A stretch of DNA of 64,000 nt from Eutreptiella sp. 'Long Island Sound 2002' (GCA_964036045.1 OZ038378.1:195796001-195860000), one strand, 5' to 3'. Positions 50,129 through 62,157 are shown, counted from the first letter of the stretch. Numbers and translations: made by a program. Notes: a model not told the origin generated them from the letters alone.

Positions 50129-52249
50129 CTCCGGTTGCATTGAGCACTTCGTAAAAAAGTCGTAAACACCACCAATTGTTGCAAAATGGGTGCCCGAATA
50201 GTGGGAAAAATGTACGGGCTGAGAAATAAAAAAATCTGAGCCCATGCATTTTTCCAAAAACTGGGGAAACGTACGGGCTGAATTACAAAACCTCAGCCCG
50301 TACATTTTTCCAATTTTTTCCACCTATCAAAAATGGAGTTTTGCTTGCCCCCGGGGGAATACACAACTTTCACGTGCCGTACCACCGAATCCGTCAGGAG
50401 GTGGGGTGGTTCGGGGGCGGGGGGTCCACCTTATGGGGGGAATAAGTGGCACCAGACCAGAGGAGTCGACCCCAATTGAAATGTGCAGGGATCAATCAAA
50501 TGGAATACTTCCAGAGGGGTCCCATCGGCACCGGGGCAGGGGGGAGGGGGGGGTAGGAGGTGCAGAAAAAAAAAGAAGAGCACAGTCCCGTGGCCCAAGG
50601 AAAGAGTGTCATCCTGTAACTCTGCACAACTTCGACGTGAAAAAGACTGACACTCCCAAACCAACCCAATCACTCGGTGTGCCCAAAACTGCAATCAATA
50701 CTGTCTCTTCTTGTTGCCCGTCCTACTGACCTTGCGCTTCAATGACTAACGGCTATCGGGCCCAGAGCTGGTTGGATGGTCAGGCCAAGTGTGCCCCACG
50801 CACAGCCATGTACAAGCGCGCGCACTAGCGTATAGGTGCATGATCAGAAGACAGGACACGGCGTAAGTGCACGCTCGCTGACGAAAAAGTGTCTGCGCAA
50901 GGCGAATTATTGAGTTTGCGTGATCGCTGACTGAACAGTCTGCAATATCTAATTTGCCTGCCTTTTAGCTATGTTCTGGCAGTGGTGGCGAATCCCTGCA
51001 GCGCATTTGATTAACAACGACTGCGCTGAATGCTTAGCCGACGAGATTCGATGAACATGCTGAGGAGACACTATATTTCAATGGGGAGCGGCGTTTGCAA
51101 ATGTGCACGTGTTGTTCTTATCTGCACGTAGCGCGTATTTTGGTGTGGGACAGAACGATCAGTTTCCTGAAAAAGCAGCCGGATGGAAACAGAAACAAAC
51201 GACACAGAAACAATGCTGGGCAGCCCAAGGGATGATCCAAGAATACTACTTGTTTGTGCTGAACTGTGTGGACATTGGCTGAAACTGCCTTTGCAGGGGC
51301 ATCCAGTATCATGTTACCGACCAAGATTGACCCAATCATAGCATGGCAGCTGGTCCTCTCCTCTGTTGCTGTTCCACCCCTGACCCTCCCCACTACAGAT
51401 GCCAAGGCTGGTGGCTACACCAGGGCCCACATGCATACACAAGGCTTGGGCAGCCGCAGTGCCATGTCTGTGACCACACCACCCGTCCTACCACCCCTCC
51501 TCCATGCCAATGGCCCGGGCCATGTTTCTTCATTTCTTTATGGAAAGGGCCTTGGCAGAGGGCGCCATGTCTCTTACACGGGGGGGCAGGCCGGGGTCAC
51601 AAAGGCTGAGTGCGTATGCCGATGGGTCCTTCCGGATGTGCATACTTGTCCGCCTTTTGACTTTTGAGGAGGGAGTCCCCCTCTTTCTCCCCACCTTTTC
51701 TGTGCCTGACTTCATGGGCAATAGTGGCATACTCACTCTCTGTTGTTGCTTTGGGTTTGTGCTTTCGTGCAAAGGTTGGCTTAGGCTCAGGCAACTTGAG
51801 GATGGTGCTGTGCGCCACATGGGCTCTTATCTATGTTCATTTTTCAGTACCACATGGGCAACGGACAGTCGTGTCTGAGGTGTAGTAGGCGCTGGTACCG
51901 TATTGATGTGTGTGCCCGAGACTTACCCGAGACACCGGTGGGTGGGGGGGAGGGGCATATTTGTTGTTCCACAACGGGACCCGGAAAAGGCACGCTATGG
52001 CACAGGGTGTCAAACGGTCCATCGAGGAGCATTTTGGCTCTGAAGCAACCACGTCTCAAATGTTTGAGCGATCGTAATTGTGTTGGTTTTGTGTCCGGGT
52101 CATTTTATGTGGAGAGAGGCGTGTTCCATGTCAGCGGGCAACAAGTTAGATGTGAGACCCGTTTTAGTCCCCAGTGGTATGTGTCTACACGGAACCATCT
52201 CCTCTTCCCATGATCCGCGCCTTCCTGTTTGCACATTTCAAAGCTCAGC

Positions 52250-52271
52250 ACTCTCCCTTGTTTCTTACCAG
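52250..52271 (+). promoter_or_regulatory. Candidate 3' splice (spliced-leader trans-splice) acceptor for the GNAT gene; equivalent site at 17568-17581 for the cyclin
   Basis: Polypyrimidine tract plus CAG ending exactly 10 nt before the ATG in both genes. Confidence 0.45.
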
Positions 52272-52281
52272 CCCCGCCACT

Positions 52282-52422
52282 ATGGCCGCTGCGCTGCCTG
52301 TCTACCGCTTGGCGGAGCTGAGGGATCTGGATGCCATTTCGGAGATGGAGTCCAAGAGTTACCCTCCGGACGAAAAGGCCACGTATGACAAACTCAAGTA
52401 TCGCATCGAAAACGCGCAAGAC
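52282..52422 (+). CDS. GNAT N-acetyltransferase (AANAT/PAA1-like), exon 1 (MAAALPVYR...ESKSYPPDEKATYDKLKYRIENAQD)
   Basis: E..SYP.DE.A...L..R motif of the arylalkylamine/polyamine acetyltransferase family. Donor GAC|GTATGT at 52423. Confidence 0.88.
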
Positions 52423-53075
52423 GTATGTTGTGGGCCGCCAATTTGCCCCCCACCCCCCACCCCCTCCCTCCGCGAGAGAGGGTGCCGCAAAAGAACCAAT
52501 GGTCTACAGTGACGTGCCCACAGGGGAGCCTGGTTCCGGAACGTCAGACAAGGCTCAGGCCTCTGGAGGTTCTGTCCACACCCCACACCGTTTGCCTGTT
52601 AATAATGGTAACAAGGGCTTGTGTGACCCCCTCCTACACCCCCCTGCAGCACCAGAGGCACACTTGCAGCGCACGCGGGGCATTTTTGAAGCATGTACGC
52701 CAGGGCCTGTTGCTGTGTTGCTGTTGACGGTATGGAAGCTGCCTTTTATTCTTTTGTGCATATTTATTTATTTACGCCACAAATTTCCGCATTTACGAGG
52801 CTGCAGACCCTCTCGCTGCGGCTTTCTTAGGGAACGGGACTCTTTTTCTTCTTTTTGGTCAGTGCGGAAAGTCTTGGGGTTGATGGTTGGCAGTCGGCGG
52901 CGAATCGACGGGTGGTGCTAAAGCGGCGGTTTGCGGTTAAAAATAATAGTTCCCGGATGCCGACGACACCTTGGAATCCCTGACGCGTCGTGTGTGCGTA
53001 GTTGGAGATGGGGATGGCAGATGTCACGAGTGCGTCGCAATGGATGTATCACCTTCACGTGCCGTCGACCCGCAG

Positions 53076-53187
53076 TTTTTTTTAGTGGGTACCATCGATG
53101 GGCAGGTGATGTCCTTCGTGTGCGGCACCCTCACGACTGCAAGTACGCTCACGGATGAGAGCATGGACACTCATGAGGCGAATGGAC
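53076..53187 (+). CDS. GNAT exon 2 (FFLVGTIDGQVMSFVCGTLTTASTLTDESMDTHEANG)
   Basis: FVCGT...LTxESMxxH motif. Acceptor cgcAG at 53074-53075, phase-1 donor C|GTATG at 53188. Confidence 0.88.
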
Positions 53188-54647
53188 GTATGCCGCTTGT
53201 CGCCGGGCCTGCGTCAAAGAGAGGGAAGCCACGAAGGAGTGCGGCGGATGCTGCGGTCGACTCGGGACGGTTGGGACAGCGGTTAGGGAGCGGCGTCCGC
53301 GTCAACGCAACCAGAGTGCCTCTGAAGATCTCAGCACCCCAAAGGGCGGGGGCAGGCCACGGCTTAGCGGAGGAAAGTGCCGATACGGGGGGGGAGGGGG
53401 GGTTGACAGCATGACATGGCACCGCGGCACATCCCTTCCGGGGGGCTGTCATTGCATGCCATGGCGAAAGCTGCGCCCCTCTGCCTTGAGGAATTTTCGA
53501 AAAAGGCTTGGAACCCCCTTTCAGTCTGGCAAATGTTGTTTGCTGGTGTTCTTTTTTTCATGTTGGCTCTTGCACCAAAAAAATTTTCGGCTCTAAAAGC
53601 TCGGCACCCCAAAGGGTGGGGGCAGTTGGGGGGGTGGACCCCCCCCCCCTCTCAAAACGAACTGGGGTTGCCTGAGCGGGTAACGGTGCCGGCGCAGAAG
53701 AATTCGAGTTGCGAGGATGACCCATGACTGCCATCGGTGCTGTTGACCCCAGCCCCTTGGAGGAGGTTCTTTTCAATGGGTCACATGGGGTCGGATTGAG
53801 TCCAAGAACAGCATGACTGTGGAAACATGCACCGCCTTGAGCTTCAGGCAGGCAATCGCTTGAAGGGGCCATCTGAGTCGAGTGGTGCGGATGCCAATCA
53901 TGTGCACAGTAGTTGCCTGACGCGCAGCATTCCTCTGGCTCTGACACCATGTCCAGTAGCTTCCCCGAAACCGACTGCAGTTCTGACAGTAGCTCTAATG
54001 CAGAGGACAGCTCATCGTCCCAGTTCTACTTGTCAACAGACGTTGACTATTTGGACAAATTATTACCGTCTGCAATGATTGCGCAAACGGTAATTATGTG
54101 TTATGTCCGCTACCACATCGCCTTGTGGGACAGTCGTAGTGTTGGACAGCTCTGATCCTTGATTCCGAGAGATTTCTCAAGTGCCTTCTGGTGAGCGGGC
54201 GTCGCCAGCTTGCCATGGCCTGAACCCCCCCCCAAGAAAATTTATTCCCGTTTGAAGAGATTTCGAATGAAGCAAAATTGTGTTTCATATGCCAGTTCAA
54301 ACATTTGGCTCAGCGTGTGAGAGAGTTTTTTGGGGGGAGGGGGGGGGTCAGAGTCCCTTGGTCCAACCCCCTCTCCCCGGGTCGAAACCCCCCCTCCTTC
54401 TCTCTTCAAGGGACGCCCTAGATACCCCTCCTCCCTGGCACTGCAGCCATCCTCCACATCCACGCCGCCAGTAGCCTACACCCCCAGCCACTGCCAACCG
54501 CTTTGTACCGGCTAAGCCCACCCCCCACCTCCGCTGCTCCGCAACAACCGCTTCTCTAACGGCCCCTGTACAGCCCCTGCCGCACCCCTTTCCCTGAAGC
54601 GACCCCACGGCCTCCGACCTGCTACCCCTCGCTCGCTGCCCCTTCAG

Positions 54648-54697
54648 ATCATCTGTGCATTCATTCCGTCGTCGTCGATGCCAACCAGCGGCGAAAG
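54648..54697 (+). CDS. GNAT exon 3, 50 nt ((H)HLCIHSVVVDANQRRK)
   Basis: LCIHSVxV...RRK of motif A. Acceptor cttcAG at 54646-54647; phase 1 in and phase 0 out match both neighbours; donor AAG|GTACC at 54698. Confidence 0.88.
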
Positions 54698-55291
54698 GTA
54701 CCCAGTGCCTCGTTGCGTTCTTCCCTTGATGCGGTTGCCAGTGCAAAGCAAAGAGTCGGTAGACGCGTTTTTGCTGTGTTCCTCGGCGACCCGTGCAGGC
54801 AGGACCAGGGATTTGCTTGACGGGAAGGGGGGGTTTTGGGTGCAGTTCCAGAGCAGCTACGGAGTGGTTACAGGGACTGTGAAAGCGGTTGGAGGGCGGT
54901 TACTGGCGGTTGGAAATGCGGTTGCGGCTGGTGTTGGGGTATGGGAATGCCTTTGGGCCACGGTCAGGGCCGGAGTGTTGGGGTGGACCCCCCCCCCCCC
55001 CTTCAAGCGATTATCTGTGTGTGACCCATGTTGTGTGCCCTGACGGAGGCATTCAGGCCGTGGGCCCTGCCATGCAGCACTGCCCTGTGCCCCTGCTGTG
55101 ATGAGTCCCCCCTGCTCCCCATGTGCCCTGCGACCACGGCAACTGAGAGCCAAAGGAGCGCTTGTGAACGGATGCGGTGGGTGTTAAGACAGTATTGTGG
55201 CGTGCAGGTGGCGCATTGCAACGGCTTATTGACGTTGTCTTTCCTGCTGAATCATGTTGTTTGATAGCAGTTTGGGATACAAGTCATCGTA

Positions 55292-56400
55292 CAGGGAGGG
55301 GGGGGGGGGGTTTCGTCAGGGGACAAGTTCGTGGCGAAAACTTCGTTTTTCAGTTTGGTGTCGAAACTTTCCCCATGACATTTTTTTGCGCAATTGGGGC
55401 TCTTCCTGCTCTTTGTGCGTCCTCCGTGTCCATCCACTTTGCGGGACGATGAAAGTGCTGCGCTGGCACAGTATTTTTTAGCAATTAGGGAATGCCGTGC
55501 ACGCAGTGCGCATGCAGTGCAAAGTTTTGTATGTCGGCAAATACTCGAACCCTAGTTTTGGCCCCTTGGGGGAGCACCTGACGCGGCACACGCGCAGCGC
55601 GTGCGCGGCGCAGAGATCCAGCCTTCTGGCCCACCCAAGCACCCACAGTTCCTACCCCGGGGCCCATCGTCTAGGGATTTTGGGCCTGATCCGTGATACT
55701 CTTGAGTAAGAAATGTCGTTTGTTGCTGTCCATTGAACATCCGCGCTAGATTGGGCAAGATGAGGCGCGTAAGAAATGTCCTTTGTTGCTCTTTGAAGAT
55801 CCCGCCCTCGAAGCTCAGCCCCGGCACGAGGTAGCGGTTGGTGTGGGGCAAACTTGTCGTTGGGCTGCGATACTGTCGGACCCAGCGCTCGTTTCCGTGG
55901 TGTACATCGCTGGAAAGATCCCGTGGGTACGACGGCTATCGCAATATTTGGAGGGGGCAATGGGACCACCCTTTACAAATCTATTCGCATCTTGTTGTAC
56001 CTCACCCAGTTTTGTATTCAGCGCCAGGTTCGCTACCCATCGTATTGCCCTTGGCCCCATGTGCCACCTCATGTGTTGGTTGTTATCTTGTGGGCTTTGC
56101 TGCTTTGCTGTGCTAGCAGACAGGTGGCATGTGATCCTGGGTGAGTTTCCCGGCAGGTGCACGCAGTGCAACAATTTGGCCTTCGTCAGGAAGGGGGTCC
56201 AATGGATAAAGAGTCAATTTCACTGGCCAAAGTTTCATACCACTGATTGTCCACAAGGAACCAAGGATTGGCAGTGTCGAAGTTTCCCCGCGTCTGGTAG
56301 CCCCAAATTGGAGGTGTGTCGAAATTTTCCCCTCATGAAACTTTCCCCGCCGAAGTTGTCCCCAGACGAAGCCCCCCCCCCCCCCGCCCCGCCCCTCTTG
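55292..56400. mobile_element. About 1.1-kb TIR element in GNAT intron 3; related short copies at about 34313-34671 and 36310-36530
   Basis: Left end GGGTTTCGTCAGGGGACAAGTTCG is the inverse of right end CGAAGTTGTCCCCAGACGAAGCCC. The interior is decayed coding-like sequence. Confidence 0.65.
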
Positions 56401-56462
56401 TATCAGATGCAAGCGTAGCGATTCATCTCAGTTGTCCATAGCGTTTCCTCACAAACACATGA

Positions 56463-57653
56463 ACTACCGGAGGGGGGGATATTCTGCGGGGTGGAATTTC
56501 TGTTTAACAAATTCTGTGCGAAATTTTTGTGCGCAATTTGTTTGGTGTTTTTAAGGATTTGCACTGCTATACATTAAGCCTTGCTTTTGTCCACTTGTAC
56601 CACGCCAGAGGATTTGGTTAATGATAATTTGTTCCCGGTTGAAGTCGCAAAAGTACTGAGGTACATACTGGTGTTTGCATGCTCCTTGTGCTGTCCACAC
56701 ATGGCCGCTTTTCGTCTGATCCTTGTGTTAAGCAGTGTGTTTTGTGTTTTGGGAGCAGACATCCTCCTTCAGCTGTGCCTTCTTTTTTGAAACAGCTTCG
56801 TTTTTGGTGACTCCTGATGCAACGATTTCTTGTCCCACGCTCATCACTGTCAAGTGATGCCATACAAGCTGATTTGAAGGCTGCTCATGCCGCTGTTGTT
56901 GCGCGTGCTGCAGCGTAAAAGAAGGCACAGAAGAGGTCGGACGTGTGCTACCAAGCACCAAAAAAGTACTGGTTGCAATGGGGATCGGCAGAAAAGCGGC
57001 AGTCTGTGCTTGTTGTTATGGTTGAAGCACAGTGGGTTCTCAGAACCATTACACAGAAATAGGCAATATTAGGTACCCATTTGTCTCTTTTTTCTGCCCT
57101 GTGCTGGGCCTTTGTGTAGTGTTGCACTTTGTGCCTCTGGGTACACTACCCAGCCGGCGAGTGGCTGGATTCAAAGATTTGTGGTACCCAGCTTTTTGTT
57201 GTTGTTTGTGATTGTGTCCAATGCATGTCATGTGCACTTGTAATGCTGAAAAAGCGCCAGGAAAAGCGCCAGAAGCGCCAGAAAAAGCGCCGAAAGCGCC
57301 AGAAAAGGTTCCAGAGGCGGGCATTGAACCCATGACCCCTCAATTGTAAGCACATGCATGTACCAACTCAGGTATGACATGTCTCTGCCGACACATGGCT
57401 TATTGGTGGTATAGATTCTGAACATATTTTGGTGACTGGGGTCACCACGCAATGCCCTGCTGAGGGTTAATAATGCACAGTCCACCTAGAAAAAACAGCA
57501 ACCATGCAAAGTCGACCATTTCATACTATGACCAATTTCTGGGAACCATACATAATTTGTTCGCTCATTTTTAAGAAATCGTACAGAATTTCTTGCCGCG
57601 GAATTTGTAGATTTAAAATTTGTCAGACACGGAATATCCCCCCCTCCGGTAAT
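56463..57653. mobile_element. About 1.2-kb TIR element in GNAT intron 3
   Basis: TACCGGAGGGGGGGATATTC (56465-56484) is inverted at 57632-57651. Internal (AAAAGCGCCAG)n array at 57249-57305. Confidence 0.65.
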
Positions 57654-57703
57654 GCAGTTTGAAAGATGATTGCGCCCATGTGCCCTGCGCCATGTCTGTA
57701 CAG

Positions 57704-57836
57704 GGCATTGCACTACAAATGCTTAAGCAGTACTTGGCAAGGCTGACAGAGGGGGCGCGGGCCGTCACACAAGTGTCCCTGATCGCCAAGGAGTACGTAA
57801 AGGACCTGTACCTGAAGGCCGGCTTCACCCTCGTCG
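57704..57836 (+). CDS. GNAT exon 4 (GIALQMLKQYL...VSLIAKEYVKDLYLKAGFTLV)
   Basis: Completes RRKGIA (acetyl-CoA loop) and LYxxAGF (motif B). Acceptor tacAG at 57702-57703, phase-1 donor G|GTGTG at 57837. Confidence 0.9.
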
Positions 57837-59728
57837 GTGTGCCGTGCCCCGAGGGATGGCGGGCGTAGGGCGCCATTGCTTGCGGACCTCCTGCGGCCGT
57901 TGCACGTCACGTGGGACAGTGTACCGGCAACCGCAGATGGAGTGCTGGGGGCTGCACAATATGTGGGACGATGTACAAGCGTTTGCACATGAACTGGGAC
58001 AACATACGAGGGATCGCACAGGGGAGAAGGGGGGGGGGACTTTTACAATGGCCGTACACCGTAGGAGGCGGGGGGGGGGGGTGTCACCCCCCCGTGGACC
58101 CCCCCTCAGACCAAAGTGACCATCCTGGGGAAAAACCGACCTTTACAATTGGGAAAAGCTGGTGGGGCCATTTTTGGGACACAAACTTTTGGGTCTCAAC
58201 CCCCCCCCACCCCCTCTAATACTTCCTTGGGGTGGGGGGGGGGGTCATAACATAACGTTACATAGTTCAAGGTGCACGCACATGCTCCGTCTTCCAACAG
58301 AACGGGCCCTGTGTACCACTGATGATCTGTCTCGTTGCGAAGGAGGGCTCCTCCCCTGCGCGCCTGCGGTGCCTGCGGCGCGCCCTGCGGCGTGCAGGTG
58401 TAGCCCTCATGGCCCTGCTTTGCCTCCTCTGAGCGTGCAGTCGCTTCGCATTGGACGGGGGCTCTGGAAGAGGGGCGCAAGTGACAGAACCGCTGCCGCG
58501 GCTAAAGATTTTGGCGCGAAAGGCGCCAGAAGAAGGTGGTTTTCAAAATATGCGTCCCCAAACACATGTGCCGTCAAAATGATCGGCGCGACTTGGGGAT
58601 CATTGGCAGTCACGTATGTTGCCCCCCCCCCCCCCCCACGTAATTAGTGACAGAAAGATAAACACAGCTGATCGTTTGCTCACATGCACATCAAGCCCAG
58701 AGATGTCGCACAGCACCGGAAGGGGGGGTCTCACGCTGGGGCCATACGTACCATGGTCGGTGTCGTGCCGGTTGCAAGTGCGCCGTTTCGGGTTCGCTCC
58801 TCCAGCAAGCCGGCCGGGCATGCAAGTGTGACACTGCTCTGCATGTTGTTTCCGGGTACTTCAGCGCATGATGGGGTGGATTGCCCCCCCCCGCCCCCCG
58901 ACCCCCTTTGGATACTTCTTCATACTCGTGCAGCACCCCGCCCCCAGATCTTTTTGGGTCCCCGTCACCCAAGCCCTGAAGGAAAAAAAGGGGAAGGGGG
59001 GCGTGAGAAAGTGGCTCCGACGGCCTGCCCCCCCCGCGCAGACCTTTTTTCTTCCACCCCTGAACAGGGGGACCGTGTACCAGCGCTCGCACCATCCCCC
59101 GCGATGTGGAATGGGTGGCCCATACCCACGCATGTCTCCGCATACAATGCACAAGGCAGGTCAGATGTATTGGGCACACCCAAATCGGATCAGGAGGCCA
59201 ATATACTTGTTGAACCTGACCACACATTCAACGTGCGCACCTTAACACCTTGTGGCCGTTTATTTATGCCCTGTGTGCGTGCATACATATTACCTCCCTG
59301 CCCGTGCTGCATATATCTCCTTGTTGTTTGCCTGGCAGCAGGGCTCTTGCACATTAAACACATGGCTTGCTGCAACCATTTGAGAACCTGGCAGTTTTAG
59401 CAACAATTGCAATGAAACGTGGCCCTTTTGCGGGCAGCTCAACATGTTGTGGGCCATACAGAAGCAGCAGTAATTCCATTTGTGATTGCAAAAAAAGATT
59501 GTACTTCCGGATACAATTGGAAAAACAAAAAAAACTATTGTGCCTGTGAATACGGCAAAGCAAAAAGCGAAATTTTTCGTTCTGGTGACCCCCCCTGATG
59601 ACCACCGCGTTGACCGCTCTTGGCGACCGTCCGGGCCCCCGCCACTTCTGTGGGTGTTTTCCCGAATGCCCGCAGCCCCCTACGGCCCACGGGTGCCCCT
59701 CTGACTTCCATTTGTATGTGTTGTGCAG

Positions 59729-59754
59729 GCCCCTCCGCCGTCATCCATGGGCAG
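59729..59754 (+). CDS. GNAT micro-exon, 26 nt ((G)PSAVIHGQ)
   Basis: Acceptor tgcAG at 59727-59728, phase 1 matching the previous exon; gives the family motif GPSxVxHG; donor CAG|GT at 59755. The terminal exon was not identified. Confidence 0.8.
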
Positions 59755-60581
59755 GTGTGCGTGCCGTGCGGTGCCCCCCCCCCCCCCCCACAGGCGTGTG
59801 GCCTGGGGGTTTGTGCGAGGGGCCCGGGAGTCCGCCTCCGCCGCGCGCGCCAGCACCGCATGGCACCGCACCGCACCAGAGAGTGAATCGGGGGATAGCC
59901 CCCCTTTTGCCGTTCAGGAAGTGGTGGACAGGCGGTGTGTCGGTTGGCAGTGAAGCGCTGGCAGTGCGCCATCGGGGGTTTGGCGGCCGTTCATAGGGGG
60001 GTCCATCGCCCGCAGTCCGTGCGTCAATCGTAAAGGATTGTTTTTTTTTGTTACAGTTGGGGGGGGGGGGTGCCCCCTCGCGATCCGGGTACATATCCCC
60101 CCCCCCCGCCCCGTTGCTGTTGCCGTCGCTGGTTGTGGTGAGCACCCCCCAGCCTGGGGTCTTCGTGATGACCGCATGCCGGGCACTGATCAGGCCGTCA
60201 GGGGAGGACGCCATGGGCAGAAGTTGCATTCTGGATTCCCACTCAGGCAGGTGGATGCCCGCAGTAGTGCGGATGCCTGCTTGTCATAGCAGAAGGTGCA
60301 AAGGCGAGAGGCCAATAGGCGCCGCCACAGGCTAACGGAGCCAACCACCGAGGCCTTGTGCCAAACCCCCCCCGGCCCCCGCCCTCCGCCCCCCCTCCGA
60401 CGTGCCCTGAGTGCCCCACCAGCCCCCCCCCCCCCCCCAAACACAGGCACGGCGGCATCCCCCTCCCCCGCGTGGGGCACCGCGGGGTACGGGGGCGGTC
60501 AACGGTCCGGCGTCTCCCCCTCCGGGCCCGCCCGCGGGGGTCCAGGCCTCTTCCCATCCGGAAGAGGCCTGGACCCCCCCC

Positions 60582-60795
60582 TAGGGCTTTGCTTGAAGGG
60601 GAGGGGGGCAAACAGGGCAGTTCCAGAGCGATTGCCGAGCGGTCACAGGGGGTGCGACAGCGGTTGGGGCGGTTATTGGCGGCTGGAAATGCGGTTGGGG
60701 CTGGGGTTGGGGTATGGTAATGTCTGTGGGGTAGAGCCAAGGCCGGAGTGTTTGGGGGGGAGCCCCCCTCCCCCCCTCCTTCAAGCGATTCCCTG
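60582..60795. mobile_element. hAT-type MITE, family B (TIR about CAGGGCTTTGCTTGAA); further copies at 10105-10319, 27156-27366 and 54806-55017
   Basis: Ends TAGGGCTTTGCTTGAA and TTCAAGCGATTCCCTG; C8 flanks on both sides. The copies share the internal GCGGTTGGAAATGCGGTTG core. Confidence 0.72.
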
Positions 60796-60814
60796 CCCCC
60801 CCCCCGCGCCGCCT

Positions 60815-61301
60815 CTGGCCACAGTGGCAGCCCCGTTCTGTCGTCCCGCGTTTGGGAGGCGGCGAGAAGGCGGTGCGGTGGGGACTGTGGCGGGCTCTGC
60901 AGGCGGTGCTCCCGGTGCCATCGGCCGGGCAGTCCTCCAGGGGCCCTGGACTCGGGCTCAGGGTGCGGTCCTGCCCCAGCGTGGCCCTGTGGGCGGCGGG
61001 GGGCAGGGGCAGAGGGCTGGCGCATTCTTTGGATTGCCCGGCGGCCGGGCTCGTTGCCCCGTGCCCCTTCTCGGTCCCTGTCCTGCCCGTCCCCGGGGCA
61101 GTGGCGCTCTGATGAACCCGGGCAGGCCCTGGGGCTCTGCGGTGGAGCTTCGCGATGCAGAGCGTATTGACCGGGGCAGCCGTGGCCTGGGACCGGGGGT
61201 TTGGAAGGCGGACCTCGATGTCGAGGCCCACAAGTTGGCCCGTTGCAGCCGCTTTGGGGACTACAGGCGGAGGCAGGGCTTTGATGAGGGCATGGCCTGC
61301 T
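60815..61301 (-). CDS. Probable exon of an unknown minus-strand gene (AGHALIKALPPPVV...LVGLDIEVRLPNP...)
   Basis: Acceptor cccatAG at 61303-61302 on the minus strand and an open GC3-rich frame. No recognisable domain; the lower boundary is uncertain. Confidence 0.4.
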
Positions 61302-62091
61302 CTATGGGAGGTGGGGGGTGGGTGGGTGTCAGGGCACACCCAGCCCCCTCCCCCCGCGGGGGTGGAACATTGTTGGGGTGTTGGTGTTGTGCGGGGGTTG
61401 GGGGTGAACACGCTGTTTGCCCCCTTTTTGCGTTTGGGTGAGTGTCTTGGAGGCCTGGCAGGTGGGTGGGTGTCCAACAGCCCCCCCCCTCCCCTGCCCA
61501 CTGTAGGAGCCAGTCTGGTGGTGTGGCTTTGAGGCCCCCAGGATTACAGGGGCTGTAGCGCCGCAACCCGCCCCGGTAGGTCCCCAGGGCAGGGAAGTGC
61601 TCTGCACGCCCTGGGACCCCTCCAACTGTCCCGAGTGCACCTTGGCCGTGGCGGTGTTGGGTCCAGCCTTCACGGCATCCCATCCTCCAGGTCACAGGGA
61701 CGCACTGCCGTGCCGCCCCACAACCGCGATCGCACAGGGGCAGCAGCGGCGCTCGGCGCAACTGGGGGACCCGCAATGCTTGACCCGCCACACGCAATCC
61801 CCCCCCCCCCAACCCCCAGGTCATCATTGGAAGGGAAGGGACCTCAGAGGCGGCCCCAGAAGCGGTTAGACAGGCGGTTGGAGGAGGTTGCCAAAGCGGT
61901 GGGGGGCGGTTACTGTCAGTAACAAATGCCATTGAAGCTGGCACCTGCTGTCAGGGAGACAGTGGCTGGGCATGTGCATCCGGCCTGGCCTTGGTGGTGG
62001 CGAGGCTTGGGCCCAGGAGCATTGACTTTGCCAGCACCTCGGGGGAGCAGGGCCCAAGGGTACCCTCCACAGGTGGCCCACCTTTCCTCGC

Positions 62092-62131
<40 letters not shown>

Positions 62132-62157
62132 ACAGGACGACGGTGTCTCCCACTCAC

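Noticed and set aside
60296-61441. 381-aa plus-strand ORF, or the GNAT last exon starting GPW at 60941
   Set aside because: It is built from MITE sequence plus the codon-aligned antisense shadow of the minus-strand frame, and has no family motif.
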